From Pseudorhodoplanes sp. (GTDB taxonomy: Bacteria > Pseudomonadota > Alphaproteobacteria > Rhizobiales > Xanthobacteraceae), in NCBI RefSeq assembly GCF_035565795.1, contig NZ_DATMRV010000200.1:496-64495 (forward strand): 64,000 nucleotides of DNA, given 5' to 3'. Every line of letters begins with the position of its first letter. Position 1 is the stretch's first letter. A model generated the notes under the pieces. It worked only from the letters and a program-made list of their open reading frames with translations. It did no database searches and was not told where the DNA came from. The translations under genes and the position numbers were made by a program. Positions 8,091 to 18,378 of the stretch are shown in pieces.

Positions 8091-9068
8091 CTAGTTCGAC
8101 GCCTTGATGCCGGCCTTCTTGATGACGTCCGCCCATTTCTTCGTTTCGGCCTTGATGAAGGCATCGAACTGCGACGGCGTCATCGGCGACGGCTCGGCCC
8201 CGACACTGCGGATGCGCGCCGCCACCTCGGGCTCCTTCAGCGTCTCGACGAAAACCTCGTTCAGCTTCTTGACGATGTCCGGCGGCGTACCGGCCGGCGC
8301 AAGCACACCGTACCAGCCAATGGAGAGATAACCTTTCAGTCCGAGTTCGTCGAAGGTCGGCACATCCGGCAGGCTCGATTCGCGCTTGAGCGAGGAGACG
8401 GCAAGCGGTCTCACCGCGCCGCCCTTGATCTGCCCCATCGCAGAGGGTCCATCGGTGATGCCGAGGGGAATATGCCCGGCGACGACATCCGCAGTCGTCG
8501 GTCCGCTGCCGCGATACGGCACGAGCGTCGTCGTAATGCCGCCCATCTGGTTGAGGAGCGCCGCCGTGAGATGCATCGCGGTGCCATTACCGCCATGACC
8601 GATGCTCAGTTCTCCGGGCTTGGCCTTGGCGAGGGCAATGACATCCGCCAACGTCTTCGGCTCGAATTTCGGCGATGCGATCAGGATGAAAGGCGAAGTG
8701 CCGACCAGCGTGATCGGGATCAGATCCTTCTCCACATTGTACGGCATCTTCTCGATCAGGCTCGGATTGACCGTTAGCGAGCCGGCTGCAGAGAAACCGA
8801 TGGTGTAGCCATCAGGCGCCGATTTGGCGACCGCGTCAGTTCCGAGATTGCCGCCAGCGCCGCCACGGTTTTCGATGACCACCGGCTGGCCAAGCCGCTT
8901 CTCCAGGCTCGGCAGCATGGCGCGAGCGACCACATCGGTCGAACCACCAGGCGGGAAACTGACGATCCACTTGATGGGGCGGTTGGGATAGCCCTGCGCG
9001 GCGGCAACCGCCGTCATGGACAACAAGGCCGCAATACCCGCGACCAAAACCCGCGCGAAAATGGGCAT
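8091..9068 (-). CDS. Tripartite tricarboxylate transporter substrate-binding protein (Bug/TctC)
   Basis: Signal peptide, YPNRPIKWIVSFPPGGSTD, ENRGGAGG, APDGYT, VPYRGSGP, LPDVPT. Confidence 0.95.
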   Translation of the reverse strand: MPIFARVLVAGIAALLSMTAVAAAQGYPNRPIKWIVSFPPGGSTDVVARAMLPSLEKRLGQPVVIENRGGAGGNLGTDAVAKSAPDGYTIGFSAAGSLTVNPSLIEKMPYNVEKDLIPITLVGTSPFILIASPKFEPKTLADVIALAKAKPGELSIGHGGNGTAMHLTAALLNQMGGITTTLVPYRGSGPTTADVVAGHIPLGITDGPSAMGQIKGGAVRPLAVSSLKRESSLPDVPTFDELGLKGYLSIGWYGVLAPAGTPPDIVKKLNEVFVETLKEPEVAARIRSVGAEPSPMTPSQFDAFIKAETKKWADVIKKAGIKASN

Positions 9069-9189
9069 TCTGAACTCCTCCCCGGGGCTTATCTTTGTTC
9101 CCGTATCGGACGATGATATGCGATCCGCTTCCGTGATAGAAGCGCAGCTTCGATGATAGACGCGCGGCCTCCAATTGCGACATAGTGAC

Positions 9190-10857
9190 ATGAGACAGGA
9201 AAAGACCAGTGTTCTGATCGTGGGCGGCGGCCCAGTGGGGCTCACGCTGGCGATGGACCTCGCCTGGCGGGGGATCGATGTACTCGTTGCCGAAACGAGA
9301 TATCCCGGCGAGCCGCCAAGCGTGAAATGCAACCACGTCTCGGCCCGCACGATGGAAACCTTCCGCCGCCTCGGTCTGGCGCAGAAGGTCCGCGACACCG
9401 GGCTCCCGGCCGATTATCCGAACGATGCATCCTATCGCACGACGTCGACCGGCATCGAACTCGCCCGTATTCCGATCCCGGCCAGGAACGAGCGCTACAC
9501 GGCGACCGGCGGTCCCGATACCTGGTGGCCGACACCAGAACCGCCGCACCGCATCAACCAGACATTTCTCGAGCCCGTGATGTTTGCGCATGCGGCAGCA
9601 ATGCCCGGCGTGCGCATCCTCAACCGCACGATGATCGAGGACTTCACGCAGGGCGATCACAGCGTCACCGCGACCGCGCGCGATCTCGACACCGGCGAGA
9701 CTTTCCAGATCGAGGCCAAATATCTGGCCGGGTGCGACGGCAGCCGCTCAATGGTCCGCCGCAGGATCGGCGCGACGCTGTCGGGGACGCCGGTGATCCA
9801 GCGCGTGCAATCGACCTACATTCGCGCGCCGCAACTGCTCGGCATGATGCCGGGCAAGAGGGCCTGGATGTACCTGTCGCTCAATCCGCGCCGCTGCGGC
9901 ACCGTGATCGCGATCGACGGGAAAGAGACCTGGCTCATCCACAACCATCTTTACGACGGCGAGCCTGATTTCGACTCGATCGACCGCGACTGGGCGCTTC
10001 GAACCATCCTCGGCGTTCCCGACGACTTCACCTACGAAGTTCTGTCCAAGGAAGACTGGACCGGCCGCAGGCTCGTCGCAGACCGCTTCCGCGACCGCCG
10101 CGCATTCATTGCGGGCGACGCCGCGCATTTGTGGATCCCGTATGCCGGCTACGGCATGAATGCCGGGATTGCCGACGCGATGGACATGTCGTGGATGCTG
10201 GCTGCCGTGCTGAACGGCTGGGCGCCCGCTTCGCTGCTCGACGCGTACGAGCGCGAGCGCCAGCCGATCACCGAGCAGGTGTCGAAATTCGCCATGGAGA
10301 TGGCGCTCAACAACATGCGCCAGCGCAAGGCAACGCCGCCCGAAGTCGAACTCCCCGGACCGGAAGGCGACGCCGTGCGCGCCCGCGTCGGCAAGGAAGC
10401 CTACGACCTCAACGTCAATCAGTATTGCTGCGGCGGCCTGAACTTCGGCTATTTCTACGCTCAGTCGCCGATCATCGCCTATGACGGCGGCGAGCATCCG
10501 ACCTACACGATGTCGGAGTTCACGCCGTCCACCGTGCCGGGCTGCCGCGCACCGCACTTCTTCCTGCCGGACGGGCGCTCTCTTTACGATCTGCTCGGTC
10601 CGGATTACTCGCTGTTGCGCTTCGATCCTTCCGTGCATGTGGAGGGCCTTGTGCAAGCGGCAGCGCATCGCGGCGTGCCCCTCGTCGTGGTCGATCTGCC
10701 GGCGGAGAGCGCAGGCGAACTCTACCCGCACAAGCTTGCGCTGGTCCGGCCGGACCAGCACATCGCATGGCGCGGCGATACCGAGCCGTCCGATCCTCTC
10801 GCCTTGGTGGATCTGATCCGCGGAGCGGTCGCGGCTGCGGCACGGCAGGCAGCCTGA
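9190..10857 (+). CDS. FAD-dependent monooxygenase (PheA/TfdB-like aromatic hydroxylase)
   Basis: VLIVGGGPVGL, GCDGSRS, AGDAAH, GYGMNAGIADA, YERERQP, PGCRAPH, LVRPDQHIAWRG. Confidence 0.92.
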   Translation: MRQEKTSVLIVGGGPVGLTLAMDLAWRGIDVLVAETRYPGEPPSVKCNHVSARTMETFRRLGLAQKVRDTGLPADYPNDASYRTTSTGIELARIPIPARNERYTATGGPDTWWPTPEPPHRINQTFLEPVMFAHAAAMPGVRILNRTMIEDFTQGDHSVTATARDLDTGETFQIEAKYLAGCDGSRSMVRRRIGATLSGTPVIQRVQSTYIRAPQLLGMMPGKRAWMYLSLNPRRCGTVIAIDGKETWLIHNHLYDGEPDFDSIDRDWALRTILGVPDDFTYEVLSKEDWTGRRLVADRFRDRRAFIAGDAAHLWIPYAGYGMNAGIADAMDMSWMLAAVLNGWAPASLLDAYERERQPITEQVSKFAMEMALNNMRQRKATPPEVELPGPEGDAVRARVGKEAYDLNVNQYCCGGLNFGYFYAQSPIIAYDGGEHPTYTMSEFTPSTVPGCRAPHFFLPDGRSLYDLLGPDYSLLRFDPSVHVEGLVQAAAHRGVPLVVVDLPAESAGELYPHKLALVRPDQHIAWRGDTEPSDPLALVDLIRGAVAAAARQAA

Positions 10858-10859
10858 CG

Positions 10860-11441
10860 ATGAAGCGCCTCGCGACCATCATCGTTGCGGCGCTGACATC
10901 GGCATCGCCTGCCTTTGCGCATACGGCGGACGGACTGGCCGGCGGTTTTGCGGGCGGGTTCATGCATCCCCTGCTCGGCCCGGACCACATCGCAGCAATG
11001 CTCGCGGTCGGCCTATGGGGAGCGTTCCTCGGGGCACCGGCAATTGTCCTCCTGCCGGTCGTGTTTCCGCTGGTCATGGCGCTTGGCGCCGTGCTCGGCA
11101 TTCTCGGACTGCCCTTGCCGGGTATCGAGATCGGGATCGCCGTGTCTGCGGTGGTGCTGGGGCTGATGGTTGCGCTCGCGGCAAAGCCGCATCTTGCAAT
11201 CACCGCGGTGATCGTCGGCGCTTTCGCAATCTTCCATGGTCATGCTCATGGCACCGAACTGCCCGATGGCGCCAACGCCCTCGCCTACGCGCTGGGCTTT
11301 GTGGTTGCGACCGGGCTGCTGCATCTCGCCGGCATCGGATTTGGATTGCTCACCCAATTTCCCCGCGGGCGCATGGCGGTCCGTGCTGCCGGCGGCGCGA
11401 TCGCGATGGCCGGACTTGTGTTGCTCGGCCGGCTGATATGA
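10860..11441 (+). CDS. HupE/UreJ family Ni/Co transporter
   Basis: AFAH, GFMHPLLGPDHIAAMLAVGLW, FHGHAHGTE, ATGLLHLAG. Confidence 0.93.
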   Translation: MKRLATIIVAALTSASPAFAHTADGLAGGFAGGFMHPLLGPDHIAAMLAVGLWGAFLGAPAIVLLPVVFPLVMALGAVLGILGLPLPGIEIGIAVSAVVLGLMVALAAKPHLAITAVIVGAFAIFHGHAHGTELPDGANALAYALGFVVATGLLHLAGIGFGLLTQFPRGRMAVRAAGGAIAMAGLVLLGRLI

Positions 11442-12025
11442 GGCGAGCGGCCCATGCCGCAGCCCTGTTGCTTCTTATGCCGGACGCCACATGGGCGCAC
11501 ACCGTCATTCCCGGCATCGAAGGGTTTCCCGGCGGCCTGCTGCATCCCTTGCTGGTTCCGGCGCATGCGCTGACCCTGATTGGACTCGGCCTGATGGCCG
11601 GTACGCTCGCGCGGAGGACCGAGCTTCTACTGCTCGCCATTTTCGCCGCGGGAACGCTTGCAGCCTTCGCACTGGTCGCGCTCGCCTGCAGCGCAATGCA
11701 GGCGGAAAACCTCGTTCTGTGCCTGGGAGCTGCGATCGGCGTTTTGCTTGCCTCGAACCTGGCGCCGCCCGCGCCGGTCGCGATCGTCGTTACCATCGCG
11801 GTCGCCATCGCCGTGATCTTCGATTCGGTGCCGCCGGTGCTCACGATATCCGGGACCGCGCTGGCATTGACCGGTAGCGCCCTCGCTGCGACCGCTCTCG
11901 TCGCCGCCGCGGCACGGATCTCGCGAACGCTACCCGCGTCTGTCAGGACGCTCGGCATCCGCATTGCCGGATCGTGGATCGCAGCCAGCGCGATCATGGC
12001 GCTCGCGCTCAGGATGGGGGCCTAA
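11438..12025 (+). CDS. Divergent HupE/UreJ-like membrane protein
   Basis: WAH...GGLLHPLLVPAH motif and C-terminal RIAGSWIAA; ATGA overlap with the upstream paralog. Confidence 0.75.
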   Translation: MRRAAHAAALLLLMPDATWAHTVIPGIEGFPGGLLHPLLVPAHALTLIGLGLMAGTLARRTELLLLAIFAAGTLAAFALVALACSAMQAENLVLCLGAAIGVLLASNLAPPAPVAIVVTIAVAIAVIFDSVPPVLTISGTALALTGSALAATALVAAAARISRTLPASVRTLGIRIAGSWIAASAIMALALRMGA

Positions 12026-12031
12026 GCCGCC

Positions 12032-12085
12032 CTCGCTTGCCAAGCCTTGCTCGCTTGCCAAGGCTTGCTCGCTTGCCAAGGCTTG
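12032..12085. repeat. 18-bp tandem repeat x3 (CTCGCTTGCCAAGSCTTG)
   Basis: Units at 12032-12049, 12050-12067 and 12068-12085, differing at one base; no spacers. Confidence 0.95.
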
Positions 12086-12129
12086 GGGTTTTTGCTGGAT
12101 TGGCCTGACGTGCTTCACGGAGACGCTCG

Positions 12130-12366
12130 ATGGTCCCCTTCTTCGTCCAGATCAAGTGCCACATGGGCAAGTCCTATGAGGTGGCCAACGCGATTGCCGA
12201 TGCCGAAATCGCATCGGAGGTCTATTCGACCGCGGGTCACTACGACCTTCTGGTGAAGTTCTATGTCGACCCGTCGGTCGATATCGGCCATTTCGTCAAC
12301 GAGAAGGTGCAGGTCATTCCCGGCATCCAGGACACGCTGACCATCATCACCTTCAAGGCGTTCTGA
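12130..12366 (+). CDS. Stand-alone Lrp/AsnC ligand-binding domain protein
   Basis: SEVYSTAGHYDLLVKF...IPGIQDTLT; no HTH domain. Confidence 0.88.
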   Translation: MVPFFVQIKCHMGKSYEVANAIADAEIASEVYSTAGHYDLLVKFYVDPSVDIGHFVNEKVQVIPGIQDTLTIITFKAF

Positions 12367-12369
12367 GCC

Positions 12370-13287
12370 TCACGGTGCCGGCGGCGGAGCGTCGATCTCG
12401 CGCTTGCCGAGCTGCCGCTCGCGGAACACCACGATAAGTCCGGCCGCCGCGATGATGCTCGCGCCCACCAGAACGATCGGCACCGGAATTTCATCAAAGA
12501 ACACGTAGCCGAAGATGAGCGCCCACAGCATCGTCGTGTAGTTGAACGGGGCAACGATCGATTGCGGCGCGAGTCGATAGCTCTCGGTCAGAAAGATGTG
12601 CGAAAGGCCGCCGATCAGGCCGGTCGCGATCAAGGCCACGAGTTGCATCGGCGAGGGCCATATCCAGCCGAATGGCAAGGTTGCCAGGCTCACCAGCGCA
12701 CAGAACAGCGAGAAATAGAACACGATAGACGATGTCGTCTCGGTGTCGGTGAGGCGGCGCGTCTGGATCACCGCACCGGCGTTGATGATCGCGCCCGCCA
12801 GCCCGCAGAGCGCGCCGATCGCGGTCGCCGTTGTTGCGAGCCCCACATATCGCGAGGGATCGAAATGCGGCCACAGCATCACAAGCACGCCGATAAATCC
12901 GAGAACGACAGCCGACCAGCGATAGATCCGGATTCGCTCCTTCAGGAAGATTGCCGACAGCACCACGGTCACGAGCGGCGACGCGAACGAAAACGCCGTG
13001 GCATCGATGATCGGCAGGCGCGCGAGCGACGCAAAATTCAGGAACATGCCGCACACGCTGAAAGCGCCGCGGCCCGCATGTCCGCGCAGGCGATTCGTGC
13101 GAATCATCTGCATCAGTTCGCCGCGAAAAAGGACGAACAACGTAATCGGGATGATGCCGAATGCGGCGCGGAAAAAGACCGTCTGCCCGACTGGCGCCAC
13201 TTCCCCCGAAAAACGCACAAGCGCCGACATCGCCGCAAAAAGAAGCGACGAGATCAGCGTGAACAGAATCGCCTTGTAAACATTCAT
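12370..13287 (-). CDS. DMT/EamA family transporter
   Basis: About 10 TM helices, FFRAAFG, FLKERIRIYRWSAV, SIVAPFNY. Confidence 0.92.
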   Translation of the reverse strand: MNVYKAILFTLISSLLFAAMSALVRFSGEVAPVGQTVFFRAAFGIIPITLFVLFRGELMQMIRTNRLRGHAGRGAFSVCGMFLNFASLARLPIIDATAFSFASPLVTVVLSAIFLKERIRIYRWSAVVLGFIGVLVMLWPHFDPSRYVGLATTATAIGALCGLAGAIINAGAVIQTRRLTDTETTSSIVFYFSLFCALVSLATLPFGWIWPSPMQLVALIATGLIGGLSHIFLTESYRLAPQSIVAPFNYTTMLWALIFGYVFFDEIPVPIVLVGASIIAAAGLIVVFRERQLGKREIDAPPPAP

Positions 13288-13420
13288 GGGAACGGAAGAT
13301 CGCGCCACGCGGCGCACCCGGCAGGCACAATCAGCCAGACCCCGTGTCGCCGATAGATGCGGCACGCGCAAGGCGGCGCGCCGCATGACGCCAATGCAGG
13401 CGGGTCACGACTTGCCAGGA

Positions 13421-14335
13421 TCACTTGCCGGGGCGCTTCGGCCCTTCCACCGGCGGCAGCGATTTCAGATAGACGGCCATGGCGGCCCGGTCTTCCTTCG
13501 ATAGCTGCGAGGTGTTGCGGATGACGGGCCCCATGTTGGAGCCAACCGTATCGCCCGATGGCGTTGTGCCGGTTTCGAGCAGATACTCGATCTCGTCCTC
13601 CGCCCAGTCCTTCAGACCCGCTTGCGTGATGTTAGGGACCCAGCCCTTGCCTTCCGGATTCGGCCCCCCAGCGAATCTTTGACCCGACACGATGCCGCCC
13701 AGCAGATTCCGCGGCGAGTGGCATTCCGCACAATGGCCCGGGCCGTTCACCAGATAGGCGCCGCGGTTCCATTGGGCTGACTTGGTGGGATCCGGCTTGA
13801 ACGCGGTATCGTCGAAGAACAGAAGCTTCCAGCCGCCAAGCGGCAGCCGCAGGCTGAACGGGAACGGCACATCATGCGACTTCGATGCGTCCTGCACCGG
13901 CGGCAGTGTCTTCATGAATGCGAATAGATCGCGGACATCGGCAATCGGCATCATCCGGTAGGACGTGAACGGAAAGGCCGGGAAATAGTGCGACCCGTTG
14001 GGCGTCGTGCCCTTCAGCATCGCATTCACGAAGTGCTGCTCGGTCCAAGCCCCAATGCCGGCCTTCGGATCGGGAGAGATATTCGGAGCGTAGAATGTCC
14101 CAAACGGCGAATGCAGCGGGTGGCCTCCACCGAGCTTCAGCTTGTCGTTCTGACCTTCCGTCGCGTGACAGGATGCGCAACCGCCCGCGTAGAACATCAG
14201 CTTTCCGTTCTCGAGATTGGGCTGATGCGCCGCAAGCGCGCTCGCCGACACGGTCGCTGGCCTCGTGACAAACCAGAACGCAGCGAATCCTACGAGCCCG
14301 GCAACGACCGCCAGAAGAACGAGCTTGCGCAACAT
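13421..14335 (-). CDS. Membrane-anchored diheme cytochrome c
   Basis: CASCH and CAECH heme motifs, SPFGTFYAPNISPD, RGAYLV.GPGHC, PNIT. Confidence 0.93.
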   Translation of the reverse strand: MLRKLVLLAVVAGLVGFAAFWFVTRPATVSASALAAHQPNLENGKLMFYAGGCASCHATEGQNDKLKLGGGHPLHSPFGTFYAPNISPDPKAGIGAWTEQHFVNAMLKGTTPNGSHYFPAFPFTSYRMMPIADVRDLFAFMKTLPPVQDASKSHDVPFPFSLRLPLGGWKLLFFDDTAFKPDPTKSAQWNRGAYLVNGPGHCAECHSPRNLLGGIVSGQRFAGGPNPEGKGWVPNITQAGLKDWAEDEIEYLLETGTTPSGDTVGSNMGPVIRNTSQLSKEDRAAMAVYLKSLPPVEGPKRPGK

Positions 14336-14384
14336 GCGGTTCTCCCTGTTTCCCGAAAGCGATGTTAGGCGGTCGGACGCGCCC

Positions 14385-14426
14385 GGAAAAGACTGGGGCG
14401 GCTCACCCGAATGGATGGCCGCCCCA
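14385..14426 (-). terminator. Intrinsic terminator after the cytochrome c556 gene
   Basis: TGGGGCGGCC/AGCCGCCCCA stem followed by GTCTTTTCC on the minus strand. Confidence 0.65.
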
Positions 14427-14449
14427 TGATTTCACAATCTGGGGAATCC

Positions 14450-14890
14450 CTATTTCGAGACCCGGTAAACCTCGTGGCAGCCACCGCACATCTTGCCCAT
14501 CGCGCCGAAGGCGGTCTTGAAGCTGTCGATATCCTTCACCGATCCCTGAGCCGCCTTGGCCTCCGCTCCCCACTTCGCCATCGCGGCCTTGAAGCCGTTC
14601 ATGTCTTCCCAGATCTTCGGAGACGCCGTGGTCTCGCCACCGGTCTTGGAATCGTCAGGGAACAGTCCCGGCATCTTTTCCGCCGCATTGGCGTAAACCA
14701 CGAAAATCTCGACCGCCTTGGCGTTGTCGTACGGCGCAGAACCGCGCGCCATGGCAGCGCCGGACTTCGCGGCTGCGCCGACACCCTTCATGATTTCCTT
14801 GCGCTCTGCGATCGCCTTGGACTGGGCGATAACCGCAGAGGCACTGAGAGCAACGGCAAGCGCGGCACAGACGGCAGTGCGGACGATCAT
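14450..14890 (-). CDS. Class II cytochrome c (c556/c'-type)
   Basis: Signal peptide, RKEIMK (Met ligand), LFPDDS, ASPKIWED, C-terminal CGGCH. Confidence 0.93.
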   Translation of the reverse strand: MIVRTAVCAALAVALSASAVIAQSKAIAERKEIMKGVGAAAKSGAAMARGSAPYDNAKAVEIFVVYANAAEKMPGLFPDDSKTGGETTASPKIWEDMNGFKAAMAKWGAEAKAAQGSVKDIDSFKTAFGAMGKMCGGCHEVYRVSK

Positions 14891-15201
14891 GGGAACTCCC
14901 CGTGGTTTTCGAAAGACGGAAGGCAGGAAAGCAAGGCTGGTGACCGGCAAACCCGGACGAAAGATTGTTATTCCTAAAAAGTCACGCGACCGCCATTCCC
15001 CACGCCGATCAAAGCGCATCACGAAGGCGTGATGGGACGATGGGACAGAGACGATGAGCGTTCGCGTGAGGCGAACGCAAGCTCTCGGCATATCAGCCGC
15101 CGGACGGTGGAAGCGGACGCGCAGCGGCCCAGGCCGCGAACGGCGGATCGCCCTCTTTGCGAACGCCCGCCGTCCGGGACGAACCTTACCAGCGAGGTCC
15201 G

Positions 15202-18200
15202 TCAGCCTTTCTGTTCGACCGGCACATTGCTTGCTTTTCGCCGGCTGAACTTGTCCTCGATCCAGCGCACCAGCACATAGAACGCCGGCGTGAACAGAAG
15301 GCCAAAAATCGTGACGCCGATCATGCCGGACACCACGGATGTTCCGAGCGCCCTGCGCAGTTCGGCGCCCGCGCCAATGGCAATCGCCAGCGGCATGACG
15401 CCGAGGATGAAGGCCAGGGACGTCATCAGGATCGGGCGCAATCGCAGTTCGGCGGCTTCCTTGGCCGCATCCCAACGGCTGCGCCCCTGCTCTTCGAGCT
15501 GTTTGGCGAACTCGACGATCAGGATCGCGTTCTTGGCCGCAAGACCGATCAGGACGATGAAGCCAACCTGGGTTAGGATGTTGTTATCCATCCCTCGCAA
15601 AACCACGCCGGTGATCGACGCGATCAGGCACATCGGCACGATCATGATGACTGCCAGCGGGAGCGTCAGACTTTCATACTGCGCGGCCAACACCAGGAAC
15701 ACGAACACCACCGCAAGAACGAAAGCGAACATCGCGGTGTTGCCGGCGCGGATCTGCTGGAAGGCGAGCGTCGTCCATTCATAGGCGAAGCCGGCCGGCA
15801 GCGTCTCCGCGGCAAGCTTTTCCATGATCTGGATCGCCTGTCCCTGCGAGTAGCCAGGCGCGGCGCTGCCATCGAGTTCGGCCGCCGGATAGAGGTTGTA
15901 GCGCGGCACCCGGTACGGGCCAGTAATGTCGCGAATGGTGGTGAACGAACCGATCGGCACGGTGTTGCCGTCCGAATTGCGGACCCGCAGATTCAGGATG
16001 TCCCTCGGCTCCAGCCGGAACGGCGCCGCGGCCTGAGCCTGGACGCGGAACGTCCGCCCGAACAGGTTGAAGTCGTTGACGTAGGCGGAGCCGATATTGA
16101 CCTGCAGCGCGTTGAACACGTCCGGCATGCTGACGCCGAGGAGCTGCGCCTTGGTCCGGTCGATATCCAGGAACAGCTGCGGCGTCGACACTTCGAACAG
16201 CGAATAGACCTGCATGAGGCCCGGTGTGGTCGCCGCGCGGCCCATCATGGCCCCGACGGCCTGCTGCAACGCCTCCGGCCCGCGTCCGGCCCGATCCTCC
16301 ACCATCATGCGGAAACCGCCGGCATTGCCGATGCCCTGCACCGGTGGCGGCTGCACAACGAGCATCAAGCCTTCCTTGATCGCCGCATATTGTCCGAACA
16401 GCGCGCCCTGGATGCCGGCCGCCGACTGGCGCGGATCCTTCGCCCGCTGCTCGAAGGGATCGAGGATGACGAAGATCGCGCCCGCGTTGGGAGCATTGGT
16501 GAAGGTCGCGCCAGAAAAACCGACAATGTTGATCACGTTCTTCACGCCCGGCGTCTTGAGCGCAAGATCCGCCGCACGCCGCATCACCTTGTCGGTGCGC
16601 TCCAGCGAAGCGCCCGGCGGCAATTGCGCGGCGACGATCAGATAGCCGAGATCCTGCTGCGGAATGAATCCGGTCGGCGCCTTGCGGAATTCATTGAGAC
16701 CAAGCCCGATGATGACCGCATAAAGCACCAGAACGAGGCCGGAAAACCGCACGGTCTTGCCGGCCAGCCAGCCATAGCGTGAGGACAGCCAGCCGAAGCC
16801 CCGGTTGAAGCCGCGAAAGAACATTCCGAAAGGCTTCTGCCACCACGCCTCCTGGTGCCCCGTACGATGCGGCTTGAGCAGCAGCGCGCACATGGCCGGC
16901 GACAAGGTCAGCGACACGATCAGGGAGATCACGGTCGCGCCTGCGATGGTGAGCGCGAATTGCCGGTAGAACTGGCCCGAAATGCCGGTGATGAAGGCGG
17001 CGGGAATGAACACCGCGCACAGCACCAGTGCGATCGCGATCAGCGCCCCGCCGACCTCGTCCATGGATCTGATCGCGGCCTCGCGGGGAGACAGACCGTT
17101 CGCGATGTTGCGCTCGACGTTCTCGACAACGACGATCGCGTCGTCGACCACGATACCGATCGCCAGCACGAGGCCGAACAGCGACAGATTGTTGATGGTG
17201 AAGCCGAAGACGCTCATCAGGAAGAACGTGCCGATCAGCGAGATCGGAATCGCCACGATCGGGATCACCGCTGCCCGCCATGTCTGCAGGAACAGAACGA
17301 TCACGAGCACGACGAGGATCACCGCCTCGAAGATGGTCTCGATCACCGCATCCACCGACTGGCTGATGAACTGCGTCGGATCGTAGATGATCGTGTATGT
17401 CATCCCCTCGGGGAAGCTCTTTGCGAGCTCCGCTGTCGTCTTGCGGATGCGCTCACCGGTCGCCAGCGCATTCGAACCGGGCCGCTGGAAAACGGCCAGG
17501 GCGACCGACGGATCGCGACCGAGATAGGATGAGGAAGAATAATCCTGTCCGGTGAGTTCGACTCGCGCCACATCCTTGATGCGGACGACCGCGTTCGGAC
17601 TCTGCTTTACGACGATATTGCCGAATTCAACCGGATCGGAAAGTCGGCCGAGGGTCCGGACCGCAACCTGGAAGGCGAGCTGGTTCTCGACCGGAGGCTG
17701 GTTCAGGACACCGGATGCCACCTGGATGTTCTGGCCCTGCAACGCGGCCGTGACATCCTGCGCGGTCAGGTTCAGCGACTGCAACCGGTTGGGATCGAGC
17801 CAGATCTGCATCGCGAAATCGCGAGCACCGAACACAGTGATTGAGCCAACACCGTCAAGGCGGGTCAGCACGTCCTTGATCTGCAGGTTGGCGTAATTCG
17901 TCAGGAAGATCGGATCGCGCGACTGGTCCGGTGAAAACAGGTTCACCACCATCAGGATGTCGGGCGAACTTTTCGCGACGGTCACACCGATCTGCTGCAC
18001 GGCCTGTGGCAGTCTTGGCGTCGCCGTCGATACGCGGTTCTGAACCTGCACCTGCGCGATATCGAGGTTGGTCCCGAGCTCGAACGTTACAGAGATCGAA
18101 AAGCGGCCGTCCGCGGTCGAGTTCGAGGAGATATAGAGCATCCCCTCGACGCCGTTGACCTGCTGTTCGATTGGAGCAGCAACGGTGTCGGCAACCGTCT

Positions 18201-18369
18201 CGGCGCTGGCGCCGGGATATTGTCCGGTGATGTTGATGACCGGCGGAGCGATTTCCGGGTATTGCGCGATCGGCAGACGCAGGAAGGCGACGCCGCCCAG
18301 AATAATGAATACTGTCGAGAGAACGGCCGCGAAGATCGGCCGATCGATGAAGAAGTGCGATATCTTCAT
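15202..18369 (-). CDS. RND multidrug efflux permease (AcrB/BepE family)
   Basis: FFIDRPIFAAV, AIGIVVDDAIVVVENVER, GLAAKNAILIVEFA, RLRPILMTS. Confidence 0.97.
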   Translation of the reverse strand: MKISHFFIDRPIFAAVLSTVFIILGGVAFLRLPIAQYPEIAPPVINITGQYPGASAETVADTVAAPIEQQVNGVEGMLYISSNSTADGRFSISVTFELGTNLDIAQVQVQNRVSTATPRLPQAVQQIGVTVAKSSPDILMVVNLFSPDQSRDPIFLTNYANLQIKDVLTRLDGVGSITVFGARDFAMQIWLDPNRLQSLNLTAQDVTAALQGQNIQVASGVLNQPPVENQLAFQVAVRTLGRLSDPVEFGNIVVKQSPNAVVRIKDVARVELTGQDYSSSSYLGRDPSVALAVFQRPGSNALATGERIRKTTAELAKSFPEGMTYTIIYDPTQFISQSVDAVIETIFEAVILVVLVIVLFLQTWRAAVIPIVAIPISLIGTFFLMSVFGFTINNLSLFGLVLAIGIVVDDAIVVVENVERNIANGLSPREAAIRSMDEVGGALIAIALVLCAVFIPAAFITGISGQFYRQFALTIAGATVISLIVSLTLSPAMCALLLKPHRTGHQEAWWQKPFGMFFRGFNRGFGWLSSRYGWLAGKTVRFSGLVLVLYAVIIGLGLNEFRKAPTGFIPQQDLGYLIVAAQLPPGASLERTDKVMRRAADLALKTPGVKNVINIVGFSGATFTNAPNAGAIFVILDPFEQRAKDPRQSAAGIQGALFGQYAAIKEGLMLVVQPPPVQGIGNAGGFRMMVEDRAGRGPEALQQAVGAMMGRAATTPGLMQVYSLFEVSTPQLFLDIDRTKAQLLGVSMPDVFNALQVNIGSAYVNDFNLFGRTFRVQAQAAAPFRLEPRDILNLRVRNSDGNTVPIGSFTTIRDITGPYRVPRYNLYPAAELDGSAAPGYSQGQAIQIMEKLAAETLPAGFAYEWTTLAFQQIRAGNTAMFAFVLAVVFVFLVLAAQYESLTLPLAVIMIVPMCLIASITGVVLRGMDNNILTQVGFIVLIGLAAKNAILIVEFAKQLEEQGRSRWDAAKEAAELRLRPILMTSLAFILGVMPLAIAIGAGAELRRALGTSVVSGMIGVTIFGLLFTPAFYVLVRWIEDKFSRRKASNVPVEQKG

Positions 18370-18378
18370 GGCCGCGGC

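Noticed and set aside
12032-12085. Possible mini-CRISPR
   Set aside because: Units are contiguous with no spacers, and there are no cas genes.
14891-15475. 341-aa ORF extending cytochrome c556 upstream
   Set aside because: The extension overlaps the RND gene; the signal peptide and RBS place the start at 14890.
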